DNA of 63,364 bases, taken from Luteitalea sp. (lineage in GTDB: Bacteria; Acidobacteriota; Vicinamibacteria; Vicinamibacterales; CAVVIG01). Positions 47,264-55,738 of this stretch are shown here, piece after piece. Position numbers and translations under genes: made by a program. The notes beneath the pieces are model-generated. The model was not told where the DNA came from and did not search any database. It saw only the letters and a list, made by a program, of their open reading frames with translations. The stretch spans positions 1 to 63,364 of the forward strand of contig WHSN01000005.1 of the NCBI GenBank assembly GCA_009380045.1. The letters run 5' to 3'. Each line of letters begins with the position of its first letter. Positions within the stretch are counted from its first letter, which is position 1.

Positions 47264-47635
47264 CTACGGCGAGTAGGGATTCTGGCCGACCGCGAGAATG
47301 CTGCAGGCGACGATGGTCCTGATCGACAGGCTCCGCGCCCGCGCGATCAGCGCGTCGCTTTCGGCCCCGGGATTCAACCACACTTCCGGAATCTCTTTCC
47401 GGGCGACCTCGTCGATGACCCGCTCACCGACCTCGGGCGGCACGTAGAACGACGCCATGTCGATCGGGCCAGGCACGTCGAGCACCGAGCGGTAGGCGGT
47501 CAGGCCCTCGACCACCGACTCGTGGGGGTTGATCGGCACCACCGTGTGACCGTCGCGGAGGTAGGCGCGCACCGCCCGATTGCCGAACTTCTGACGATTG
47601 TTCGAGGCGCCAATCACGGCCACGACCTTGGCCAT
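47264..47635 (-). CDS. CoA-binding domain protein
   Basis: VAVIGASNNRQKFGNRAVRAYLRDGHTVVPINP..VDMASFYVPPE is the CoA_binding_2 pattern. Confidence 0.85.
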   Translation of the reverse strand: MAKVVAVIGASNNRQKFGNRAVRAYLRDGHTVVPINPHESVVEGLTAYRSVLDVPGPIDMASFYVPPEVGERVIDEVARKEIPEVWLNPGAESDALIARARSLSIRTIVACSILAVGQNPYSP

Positions 47636-48844
47636 CTACCTGGGCGCGGCCTGTGGCTGCGGCGCGTGCCGGGCGACGAACTCGAGCACCCGGCGGCTGC
47701 CCTCGCGCAGGTTCTCCATCGAGGTCGCGTACGAGATGCGCACGAAGCCGGGGGCGTCGAACGCCTCGCCCGGAGTGACCGCGACCCGCGACTCGTCGAG
47801 CAGGGCCTGTGCGAGCGCGTTGGTGTCGGCGAAGCCCGCCGCAGCCATGATTTCCCGCAGATCCGGGAACAGATAGAAGGCGCCGGCCGGCTTCGCGCAG
47901 CGAATCCGCGGATCGTCGGTGAGCCACTGGTGCAGGCTGTCGCGACGCCTGCGGTACTCGTCCAGCATCAGCGTCACCGGTTGCTGCGATCCGGTGAGCG
48001 CGGCGATGACCGCTTTCTGCGTGATCGACGACACGTTGGAGGTCGCATGGCTCTGCAAGGCGGTCTGCGCCGCGATGACCGGCGCCGGACCGATCGACCA
48101 GCCGCAGCGCCAGCCGGTCATCGCATAGGCCTTCGATGCCGACCCGCAGACGACCGACAGCTCGCGGCAATGCCGATCGAGGACCGCCGGCAGGTTGTGC
48201 GGCGTCGGATCGTAGATCAGCTTCTCGTAGCAGAGATCGACGATCAACCAGATGCCGCGACGGCTGGCCTCCTTCGCCAGCACCGTCAGCTCGGCCTCCG
48301 AGATCAAGGCGCCGGTCGGGTTGCACGGCGAGTTGATGATGATGCCCCGGGTGCGCGCGGTGACCGCGGCGAGGATCGGGCCCGAGGTGATCGCGAAGCC
48401 GTCGGCGGCCGACGTCGGCACCAGCACCGGGCTCGCATCGGCGAGCTTCACCTGCTCGGTCAGCGTCGGCCAGAACGGCGCGTGCGTGATCACCTCGTCG
48501 CCGGGGTTGAACAGCGTCAGCGCGGTGTTGTACAGCGCCTGCTTTCCGCCGGCGGTGGTGATGACCTGGTTCTCCTGGTAGGAGACGCCGTAGTCGGTGC
48601 GATACCGATCGCAGATCGCGCGCTTCAGTTCGGCGGCGCCGCCGACCGGCGTGTACTTGCTGAAGTTCTGGTCGATCGCCGCCTTGGCTGCCTCGTTGAT
48701 CGCGGCCGGCGTGCCGAAGTCCGGCTCGCCGGCGCCGAAGTCGATGACCTCGACCCCTTCACGGCGCAGCCGGTCGACCGTCGCGGTGACCTTCATCGTC
48801 GGTGAACTGGCAATCCGGGTGGTGCGCTCCGCTAGGCGAGTCAT
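47636..48844 (-). CDS. pyridoxal phosphate-dependent aminotransferase (aspartate aminotransferase class I)
   Basis: GEPDFGTP..YTPVGG..INSPCNPTG..GSASKAYAMTGWRCGW (PLP-Lys motif SxSK). Confidence 0.92.
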   Translation of the reverse strand: MTRLAERTTRIASSPTMKVTATVDRLRREGVEVIDFGAGEPDFGTPAAINEAAKAAIDQNFSKYTPVGGAAELKRAICDRYRTDYGVSYQENQVITTAGGKQALYNTALTLFNPGDEVITHAPFWPTLTEQVKLADASPVLVPTSAADGFAITSGPILAAVTARTRGIIINSPCNPTGALISEAELTVLAKEASRRGIWLIVDLCYEKLIYDPTPHNLPAVLDRHCRELSVVCGSASKAYAMTGWRCGWSIGPAPVIAAQTALQSHATSNVSSITQKAVIAALTGSQQPVTLMLDEYRRRRDSLHQWLTDDPRIRCAKPAGAFYLFPDLREIMAAAGFADTNALAQALLDESRVAVTPGEAFDAPGFVRISYATSMENLREGSRRVLEFVARHAPQPQAAPR

Positions 48845-49356
48845 GTCGTTCTTCGTCCTTGATCTTTGTTGAGGAGCCCGGAAACCTTCTCGCGCAGGCG
48901 CTGCTCGACCAGGTCTGGCACCAGGCCGTGCACGGCCCCGCCAAGCGAGAAGACTTCCTTGATGAGACGGGAGCTGATGTAGGTGTACTGCTCCGCCGGC
49001 ATCATGAAAACGGTCTCGATTCTATCATTCAGACGCTGGTTCATGAGCGCCATCTGGAACTCCAGCTCGAAGTCGGACACCGCCCGCAGCCCGCGCACGA
49101 TCACCTGTGCCCGGCGCCGATCGACGTAGTCGACGAGCAGGCCGTTGAAGGTGTCGACCTCCACCGTCGGCATGTCCTTGAACACCTCGCGGGCGATCTC
49201 GACCCGCTCGGCGATCGAGAACAGCGGCGACTTCTCCCGGTTCACCAGGATCGCCACCACGATGCGGTCGAACAGCCGGGCGCCGCGGGCGATGATGTCC
49301 ACGTGACCGTTGGTCAGCGGGTCGAACGAGCCGGGATAGACCGCTAGGGTTGCCAT
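48841..49356 (-). CDS. coaD: pantetheine-phosphate adenylyltransferase
   Basis: MATLAVYPGSFDPLTNGHVDII..VRGLRAVSDFELEFQMALMN..ISSRLIKE. Confidence 0.92.
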   Translation of the reverse strand: MATLAVYPGSFDPLTNGHVDIIARGARLFDRIVVAILVNREKSPLFSIAERVEIAREVFKDMPTVEVDTFNGLLVDYVDRRRAQVIVRGLRAVSDFELEFQMALMNQRLNDRIETVFMMPAEQYTYISSRLIKEVFSLGGAVHGLVPDLVEQRLREKVSGLLNKDQGRRTT

Positions 49357-49907
49357 GTGTAGAACGACAGCGCCGAATCGCCAGACGTCAGCAGACGGCT
49401 GCGGCCGAACCGGCCGGCGGTGTGCGGCGACGCCTGCCGCCGCGCGTGTTCGAGCGCGATCAACCCGTCCGGCGCGAGCAGACCGTCGACGGCCGCGAGC
49501 GCGTCGGCAAGCGTGTCGCCCGGTGACTGATCGTAAGGCGGATCGAGAAGAATGAGGTCGAATGCCACCAACGGGGCGTCGTGCCGCAGCATCGCCGCGC
49601 CCCGGGCGAGGGTCGCGCGGATGATAGCATAGCCACTCTGCACACCGCAGTGCGCCAGGTTCCCGGCGACCAGCGCCTGCGCGCGCGGATCGCTCTCGAC
49701 AAAGGTGACGTGCGCCGCCCCGCGGCTGAGCGCCTCGATTCCTACCGCACCCGTCCCGGCGTAGCCGTCGAGCACCCGCGCGCCGGCGACACGCGACGCC
49801 AGCACGTTGAACAGCGTCTCGCGAAGCTTGTCGGACGTCGGCCGGAGGCCGTCCCAGGTCGGCCGCTGCAACCGACGTCCCTTGAGCGAGCCGGCGATCA
49901 CCCGCAC
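49344..49907 (-). CDS. rsmD: 16S rRNA (guanine966-N2)-methyltransferase RsmD
   Basis: VRVIAGSLKGRRL..RPTSDKLRETLFN..LDGYAGTGAVGIEALSRGA..LLDPPY. GTG start chosen at 49907. Confidence 0.85.
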   Translation of the reverse strand: MRVIAGSLKGRRLQRPTWDGLRPTSDKLRETLFNVLASRVAGARVLDGYAGTGAVGIEALSRGAAHVTFVESDPRAQALVAGNLAHCGVQSGYAIIRATLARGAAMLRHDAPLVAFDLILLDPPYDQSPGDTLADALAAVDGLLAPDGLIALEHARRQASPHTAGRFGRSRLLTSGDSALSFYTWQP

Positions 49908-49998
49908 GGCCGCCCGGTTCGAGCGAGGCGCAGGCCACGAAGCCACGACGACACGAGCGACCGGGCTGTCGTGGCGTGGCGGCGGCACGTCCCTGGCA

Positions 49999-52113
49999 TC
50001 AGCCGACGTCCATCAGCTTGAACCGCGCCGACCAGGCCTGGAGCAAGTCGGTCAAGGCCGTCGGGGTCGGCGCCTCGGTTTCGAGCCACTCGGCTGCCTC
50101 GCGCTGCGCGACGTCCATCAGGTCGCGGTCGCGCACCACGTCGATCAGTCGGAACGTCGGCACGCCGGCCTGCCTGGTCCCGAAAAAATCGCCCGGTCCG
50201 CGAAGCTCCAGATCGCGCTCGGCAATCACGAAGCCGTCGGTGGTCTCGGTCATCGCCTTCAGCCGCTGGCGCGCGTCGTCGGACAACGGCGCCTGATAGA
50301 TCAGACAGCAGCTCGATTGATGGCGGCCCCGCCCGACCCGTCCGCGGAGCTGGTGCAGTTGTGACAACCCGAAGCGCTCCGCGTGCTCCACGATCATCAC
50401 CGTGGCATTCGGGACGTCGATGCCGACCTCGATGACCGTCGTCGAGACCAGGATGTTGAGCTCGTTGGCGGCGAAGGCCTTCATCACCCGATCCTTCTCG
50501 TCGGCCTTCAGGCGTCCGTGCAGCAGCCCGACGCGGTAGGAAGGAAAGATCTCGAGCGCCAGGTGGTCGGCCATCGCCGTCGCCGCCCGGAGATCGACCT
50601 TGGCCGACTCCTCGACCAGTGGGTAGATGACGTACGCCTGCCGCCCGGCGTCGATCTCCGCCCTGACGAAGGCGTAGATCTCCTCGCGGCGCGACTCGGG
50701 CTTGACGATCGTGCGGATCGGCAGCCGCCCGGGTGGCAGGTCGCGAATGACCGACGACTCGAGATCGCCGTAGAGCGTCAGCGCCAGTGTTCGCGGAATC
50801 GGTGTCGCGGTCATCACGAGCACGTCCGGGTGCAGCCCTTTTTCGCGGAGCGTCGCCCGCTGCAGCACGCCAAATCGATGCTGTTCGTCGATCACCACCA
50901 GCCCGAGCGCCTTGAACACGACGTCACCCTGGACCAATGCGTGGGTGCCGACCACGAGATGGATCGACCCGTTCCCGACCTCGGCGAGCCGCTGCCGCCG
51001 CTCGGCCGCCGTGATCGACCCGGTCATGAGCGCGACGCGGAACCGCGACGCCTGCAGCAGGCGCGCGATGGTCACGAAGTGCTGCTCCGCCAGGATCTCG
51101 GTCGGCGCCATGAACGCGACCTGCAGCCCGTTCTCCATGGCGACGATCGCCGCCAGCAGCGCCACGATGGTCTTGCCGGCGCCGACGTCCCCCTGGAGCA
51201 GGCGGTTCATCGGATGGGGACGCCGCAGATCGTCCACGACCTCCTTGAGCGCCGTCCGCTGACCCCTTGTCAGCTTGAACGGGAGCACCTGGCGTGCCGA
51301 CGCGCGAATGCGATCGTCGACGGCGACGATCACCGGCTTGCGCTCCGCCGCCGCGGTGCGGCGCCGTGCCATGACGCCGATCTGGAACAGGAATGCCTCT
51401 TCGAAGATGAGCCGTTTCTGGGCCGGCGTCGCAAACCGGTTCAACTGCTCGAGAGCGACGTCACCCGGCGGAAAGTGGGCGGCGAGCAGCGCCGCGTATC
51501 GGGCCGGCAACCGGTAACGAAGGCGCAGCGGTTCGGGCAGGTGGTCCGGCAGATCGGGCGGGAGCCGCTGCAGGGCGTCGAAGACGATCCGCCGCTGCAC
51601 TTTCGGCGTCACCGCGCCGGCTCTCTCGTAGACAGGCACGACGCGACCGGTGTGCACCGTCTCCACATCCTCGTCGTCCACGATCTCGTACTGCGGATTG
51701 GTGAGCTGAAGACCGCCATGACCACGCATCTCGACGGCCCCATACAGCACCACGTGCTGGCCGGCCGTGAACACCTCGCGGAGATACGCCTGGTTCAGCC
51801 AGGTCGCTCTGAGCGAGCCGCTCGGATCGCCGACGAGCGCCTCGAAGATCTTGAACCCGGGCCGCCGGGTGGTGCGGAGCCCGCAGCTCAGGATGCGCGC
51901 GGTGATGGACGCGGTCTGGCCCGGCTCGAGGGAAGCGATTGGCTGCAGGCGGCTCCGATCCTCGTACCGCAACGGAAACCGGTAGAGCAGATCCTCGAGC
52001 GTGACGAGACCGGCGCGCGCGAGATCAGCCGCCCGACGCGGCCCGACGCCCTTCAGATACTGCAGCGGTGTGTTGAGCTGAAGGTCGGTTCCCTCCGGCG
52101 CCACGGTCGGCAA
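49999..52113 (-). CDS. recG: ATP-dependent DNA helicase RecG
   Basis: Wedge domain, helicase motifs LLQGDVGAGKT, DEQHRFG, TATPIPRT, and the C-terminal TRG motif QLHQLRGRVGRG. Confidence 0.95.
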   Translation of the reverse strand: MPTVAPEGTDLQLNTPLQYLKGVGPRRAADLARAGLVTLEDLLYRFPLRYEDRSRLQPIASLEPGQTASITARILSCGLRTTRRPGFKIFEALVGDPSGSLRATWLNQAYLREVFTAGQHVVLYGAVEMRGHGGLQLTNPQYEIVDDEDVETVHTGRVVPVYERAGAVTPKVQRRIVFDALQRLPPDLPDHLPEPLRLRYRLPARYAALLAAHFPPGDVALEQLNRFATPAQKRLIFEEAFLFQIGVMARRRTAAAERKPVIVAVDDRIRASARQVLPFKLTRGQRTALKEVVDDLRRPHPMNRLLQGDVGAGKTIVALLAAIVAMENGLQVAFMAPTEILAEQHFVTIARLLQASRFRVALMTGSITAAERRQRLAEVGNGSIHLVVGTHALVQGDVVFKALGLVVIDEQHRFGVLQRATLREKGLHPDVLVMTATPIPRTLALTLYGDLESSVIRDLPPGRLPIRTIVKPESRREEIYAFVRAEIDAGRQAYVIYPLVEESAKVDLRAATAMADHLALEIFPSYRVGLLHGRLKADEKDRVMKAFAANELNILVSTTVIEVGIDVPNATVMIVEHAERFGLSQLHQLRGRVGRGRHQSSCCLIYQAPLSDDARQRLKAMTETTDGFVIAERDLELRGPGDFFGTRQAGVPTFRLIDVVRDRDLMDVAQREAAEWLETEAPTPTALTDLLQAWSARFKLMDVG

Positions 52114-52115
52114 GG

Positions 52116-52715
52116 CTACTGGACGACGACCGCCTGACCGCGATCGACCTGAATCTCCTGAATCCGCGACGGCAGCGGGAATGGCGCGTCGAGGCTGATT
52201 CCGTCAGGCCAGGCGGCCGACCGCGAGTAGTAGGTCAGAATCTGCTGCAGCACGACCTTGGGGACCGGCACGCCGCCGACGTCAGCTGACTGCAGCTCGA
52301 ACTGCGCTGCGCCGGCGTTGGTGCGCAGCACACCGGCGACGCCCACCGGCACCTTGCCTGCGAGGTAGTAGAACGGATCGACGAGACTGGTCGGATTGCG
52401 CTCGCGCCGAACGCGATCGAGATCGACGACGGCCGTCCCCGATACACGTCCCGGCCCGAGGATCGCCACGCTCGGTTCGACGACGCCTGATGGCAGCAGG
52501 GGGGCGAGGTCGTAGGTGAGATAGGCGTTGACTTCCTGTTCCGTGATCGTCGTGCGCACGCGGCGGGTCGCCGTCCCGGTGCGGCTCTCGATCGCGGTGA
52601 TTTTCCGCTTCATCAGGTCGGCGTCGCGGCGCGACACCGCCCGGCCCTGCGCCGCCAGGGAGACACCGACGAGCAGCGCGAGCCCGGCGACTAGACGTTG
52701 GTGGGTGCTGAACAT
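52116..52715 (-). CDS. hypothetical exported protein
   Basis: Signal MFSTHQRLVAGLALLVGVSLAAQG. Protein-like composition. Stop lies 2 nt before the recG start. No family recognised. Confidence 0.5.
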   Translation of the reverse strand: MFSTHQRLVAGLALLVGVSLAAQGRAVSRRDADLMKRKITAIESRTGTATRRVRTTITEQEVNAYLTYDLAPLLPSGVVEPSVAILGPGRVSGTAVVDLDRVRRERNPTSLVDPFYYLAGKVPVGVAGVLRTNAGAAQFELQSADVGGVPVPKVVLQQILTYYSRSAAWPDGISLDAPFPLPSRIQEIQVDRGQAVVVQ

Positions 52716-53035
52716 CAGTTTTTCCTGCCGGCGCGGCGGGTGAAATTGTACTACGCCTTCCGGCCGCCCTCCTGGAGGATCCTCATGACCGGCGCCTGTG
52801 CGTTCCGCGAGCGAGCCTGCGACAGGGACAACGATCACGGCCGGGCACGCTCGCCTCGAAGAGCAACGACGTGGCACACGGTCCGGGTTCGTCGGCTCCC
52901 CCGCCTCCACTCGCCGCCCCCAACCCCTGTCGCGAGCCTGGCCGAGGCGGTGGTGGCGGAGGTCGCGTCCAGGCTTTCCTGACCACGAACGTCGCGGCTC
53001 CTGGGTGGCTTCGCGATACGCGCTGAAATGCGCTT

Positions 53036-54373
53036 TCAGCGTCGCGCAATCACCACATAGTCCATGAACGAGAAGATCCGGGCGTTCAACTTCTCGGCGT
53101 GATCGTTGAGCACGGCAGCCACCTGTGCGAGCTCGGGTCCGACGCTGCCACCGGCAACGACTCGCTCCAGCCGATCCGACTCGCTGACCGGTTGACGGAA
53201 ACGGACGTCCACCTGCCGGAAACCCGCCGCCCGGACCAGGAGCTCGAGGGTGTCGGCGTGCAACGGTTGCCGGTGGGTCACGTCACGCAGATAGGTGTCG
53301 AAAAACGCCATCCAGCACGCCGGATTGATCGTCTCGAGGACGAGCGGCGCCTCGGGGCGCATGGTGTGAAACGCGGCATCGAGAAAACGGGTCAGGTAGT
53401 CGGCCGTGAAGTGCTCGACGACCTGGATCGCGACCAGGCCGCCGATACTGGCAGCAGGCTGCCGTTCGAGGTAGGCCAGCGCATCACCCTGTTCGACGTC
53501 GAACCCCTTGGACCGCGAGAGCTCCACCATCGCTGGGCTGAGATCTATGCCGCGTGCCGCCACGCCGCGTGCTCCGAGCGCCGCCAGGAGCTCGCCGCGG
53601 CCGCATCCGATGTCGACCACGTCCGACGCCGCCGCGAGCAGCGGCAGATAGTCGGACACTCGCCGCGCGATATCGGTTTCCGCGCCTCTGAACCGGTCCT
53701 CGAAGGCGACGTAGGTGAGCGAGTCGACGGCGCCGGTGAATGGGGCTGGTGCCGAACCAGACAACGCCTCGCCAGACGACGCCTCGCCGGACGACGTCCG
53801 GGCTTCGCGCGCCGGCTGTTCCACGACCCTCTTCAACGCCAGGAGCCGCTGTTCGGTGAGCGCCAGGCGATCCCGGATCTCGACACCGCCGACCGCTCGA
53901 TCGCGGCTGTCCACGAACGCGGTGATGGTCTGGAGATACTGCACGAGCAGCGACTGGAACCGAATGGCACGACCGAGCTCGCGACTCGTGCTCTCGATGA
54001 GCGCCTGCAGCGCCTGCGCGCGCTGCTGGTGAGCGCGCGCATTGCGGTTGAGATGGTCCACCAGCGCCTGGTTGAAGCGTTTCTGTGCCTCGAGCGGTGG
54101 CCCGACAAGCCGCCAGATGAAGGCCCGCAATCGGGCCGTCAACCACGATCCCGCGCCCTCGCGCCCCGGTGTATCGGCCGGCAGCGGGTCCCAGTCGGCG
54201 TTCAACCCGGCGATGCGGGACGGATCGTAATCTGGCGCCGGCGGCAGCGCCTGGGGCGATTGAATGGCGTGATCGACGGCCGTCAGCGCCTCATTGTACC
54301 GGCGGTCGGCGTCGAGGCGCTCGCGCTCGAGCCGGGCCATCAAGTCGTCGATTCTTGACTCCGACTCAGCCAC
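53036..54373 (-). CDS. class I SAM-dependent methyltransferase with long N-terminal coiled-coil region
   Basis: SAM motif VVDIGCGRGELL, ..LVAIQVVEHF... The N-terminal helical region is RIDDLMARLERERLDADRRYNEAL. The start must lie before lexA: GTG 54373 or ATG 54340. The upstream part of the 707-aa ORF is antisense to lexA. Confidence 0.75.
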   Translation of the reverse strand: MAESESRIDDLMARLERERLDADRRYNEALTAVDHAIQSPQALPPAPDYDPSRIAGLNADWDPLPADTPGREGAGSWLTARLRAFIWRLVGPPLEAQKRFNQALVDHLNRNARAHQQRAQALQALIESTSRELGRAIRFQSLLVQYLQTITAFVDSRDRAVGGVEIRDRLALTEQRLLALKRVVEQPAREARTSSGEASSGEALSGSAPAPFTGAVDSLTYVAFEDRFRGAETDIARRVSDYLPLLAAASDVVDIGCGRGELLAALGARGVAARGIDLSPAMVELSRSKGFDVEQGDALAYLERQPAASIGGLVAIQVVEHFTADYLTRFLDAAFHTMRPEAPLVLETINPACWMAFFDTYLRDVTHRQPLHADTLELLVRAAGFRQVDVRFRQPVSESDRLERVVAGGSVGPELAQVAAVLNDHAEKLNARIFSFMDYVVIARR

Positions 54374-54523
54374 GGCGGCGGTGAGGCGAGCGGGCTCTCC
54401 CCAGGCGGGACCCGCGTGAAGCGGAACACATCGGGTCGAATGTAGCACTTCCGGCGCACATCGGGACCGCGTTGACCTTCGCCTTTCTTTTGCGTATAGT
54501 GTCGCTACCTCAAGGAGGTGGCC

Positions 54524-55132
54524 ATGCTCCCGCTCACCAAACGGCAGCGCGAAATTCTCGACTACTTGAACGAGTTCATCCAGCAGCACGGGTACGCCCC
54601 AAGCCTGGAAGAGGTCGGCAAGCGTTTCGGGCTCTCGTCCCTCGCGACGGTGCACAAGCATCTCACCAACCTGCAGGAGAAGGGGTTCATCAAACGCGCG
54701 TGGAACCGGAGCCGGTCGGTCGAGATGGTGGCCACCAAAACGGGTGGCCGCGCCGTCGAGCTGCCGATGCTCGGCTTCGTCGCCGCCGGTGTGCCGATCG
54801 AAGCGATCGCATCGAGCGAAACCATCGCGGTGCCAGAGGGTTTCGTCGGGCGGCGCGACACTTACGTGCTTCGCGTTCGCGGTGACTCGATGATCGATGA
54901 ACAAATTCGCGATGGCGACTTCGTGGTCGTCGAAGACCGCAAGACGGCGGAGAACGGCGAGATGGTCATCGCGTTGCTCCGCGGCACCGACGTCACGCTG
55001 AAGAAATTCTATCGGGACCCCGGGGGCAAGATCCGCCTGCAGCCGGCCAACGCCGCCATGCAGCCGCTCTTCGTCGAGCCCGACCAGGTGCAGGTCCAGG
55101 GTGTCGTTGTCGGCGTGATGCGGAAGTACTGA
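54524..55132 (+). CDS. lexA: LexA repressor
   Basis: MLPLTKRQREILDYLNEFIQQHGYAPSLEEVG (winged HTH). Cleavage site VAAG. Ser/Lys dyad in RVRGDSMID and ..VTLKKF. AAGGAGG lies 6 nt upstream of ATG 54524. Confidence 0.93.
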   Translation: MLPLTKRQREILDYLNEFIQQHGYAPSLEEVGKRFGLSSLATVHKHLTNLQEKGFIKRAWNRSRSVEMVATKTGGRAVELPMLGFVAAGVPIEAIASSETIAVPEGFVGRRDTYVLRVRGDSMIDEQIRDGDFVVVEDRKTAENGEMVIALLRGTDVTLKKFYRDPGGKIRLQPANAAMQPLFVEPDQVQVQGVVVGVMRKY

Positions 55133-55146
55133 CGGAAAACACGAAC

Positions 55147-55186
55147 CCCCGAGATCCACCGGCAGGACGAGCCTGCCGCCTCGGGG
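55147..55186 (+). terminator. candidate stem-loop downstream of lexA (nested GC-rich hairpin, no adjacent U-tract)
   Basis: CCCCGAG-atccacc-GGCAGG-acgag-CCTGCC-gc-CTCGGGG starts 15 nt after the lexA stop. T-runs appear only about 60 nt further on, so it is not a canonical intrinsic terminator. Confidence 0.3.
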
Positions 55187-55306
55187 CCCTGACTAGTCTC
55201 CCGGCCTTCTCCGACCGATAGTACCCCCGGCGCTCTGTATTTCTCCCCTTTTTCCGTGTTTTTTCGTGCAGTCTGACTCCTCGCAAGGCCATTCGGAGGG
55301 CCAGCC

Positions 55307-55726
55307 ATGGCGACGCAGCTGATCGTGCTCGTGGAAGACAACCCCGACGACGAGGCCCTGACGCTCCGGGCGTTGAAGAAGCAGAACATCGCCAACGAGA
55401 TCGTCATCCTTCGCGACGGTGTCGAGGCGCTCGACTTCCTCCTCGCGCCGGATAAGCCGTTGCCCCACCTCGTCCTGCTCGATCTGAAGCTGCCGAAGAT
55501 TGGTGGGCTCGAGGTGCTGCAGCGGCTGCGCGACGAGCCACGCACTCGGCTCCTGCCGATCGTGGTGCTGACCTCTTCCGACGAGGATCGGGACGTCATC
55601 GACGGGTATCGTTTCGGCGCCAACAGCTACATCCGCAAGCCGGTCGACTTCAACCAGTTCTCCGACGCCGTGCGTCATCTGGGGTTGTATTGGCTGGTGC
55701 TGAATCAGTCTCCGCCCCTCCGTTGA
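55307..55726 (+). CDS. single-domain CheY-like response regulator
   Basis: LVEDNPDDE, LVLLDLKLPKIGG, VVLTSS and YIRKP: all canonical receiver residues are present and there is no output domain. Confidence 0.9.
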   Translation: MATQLIVLVEDNPDDEALTLRALKKQNIANEIVILRDGVEALDFLLAPDKPLPHLVLLDLKLPKIGGLEVLQRLRDEPRTRLLPIVVLTSSDEDRDVIDGYRFGANSYIRKPVDFNQFSDAVRHLGLYWLVLNQSPPLR

Positions 55727-55738
55727 CCGCCGACGCCG

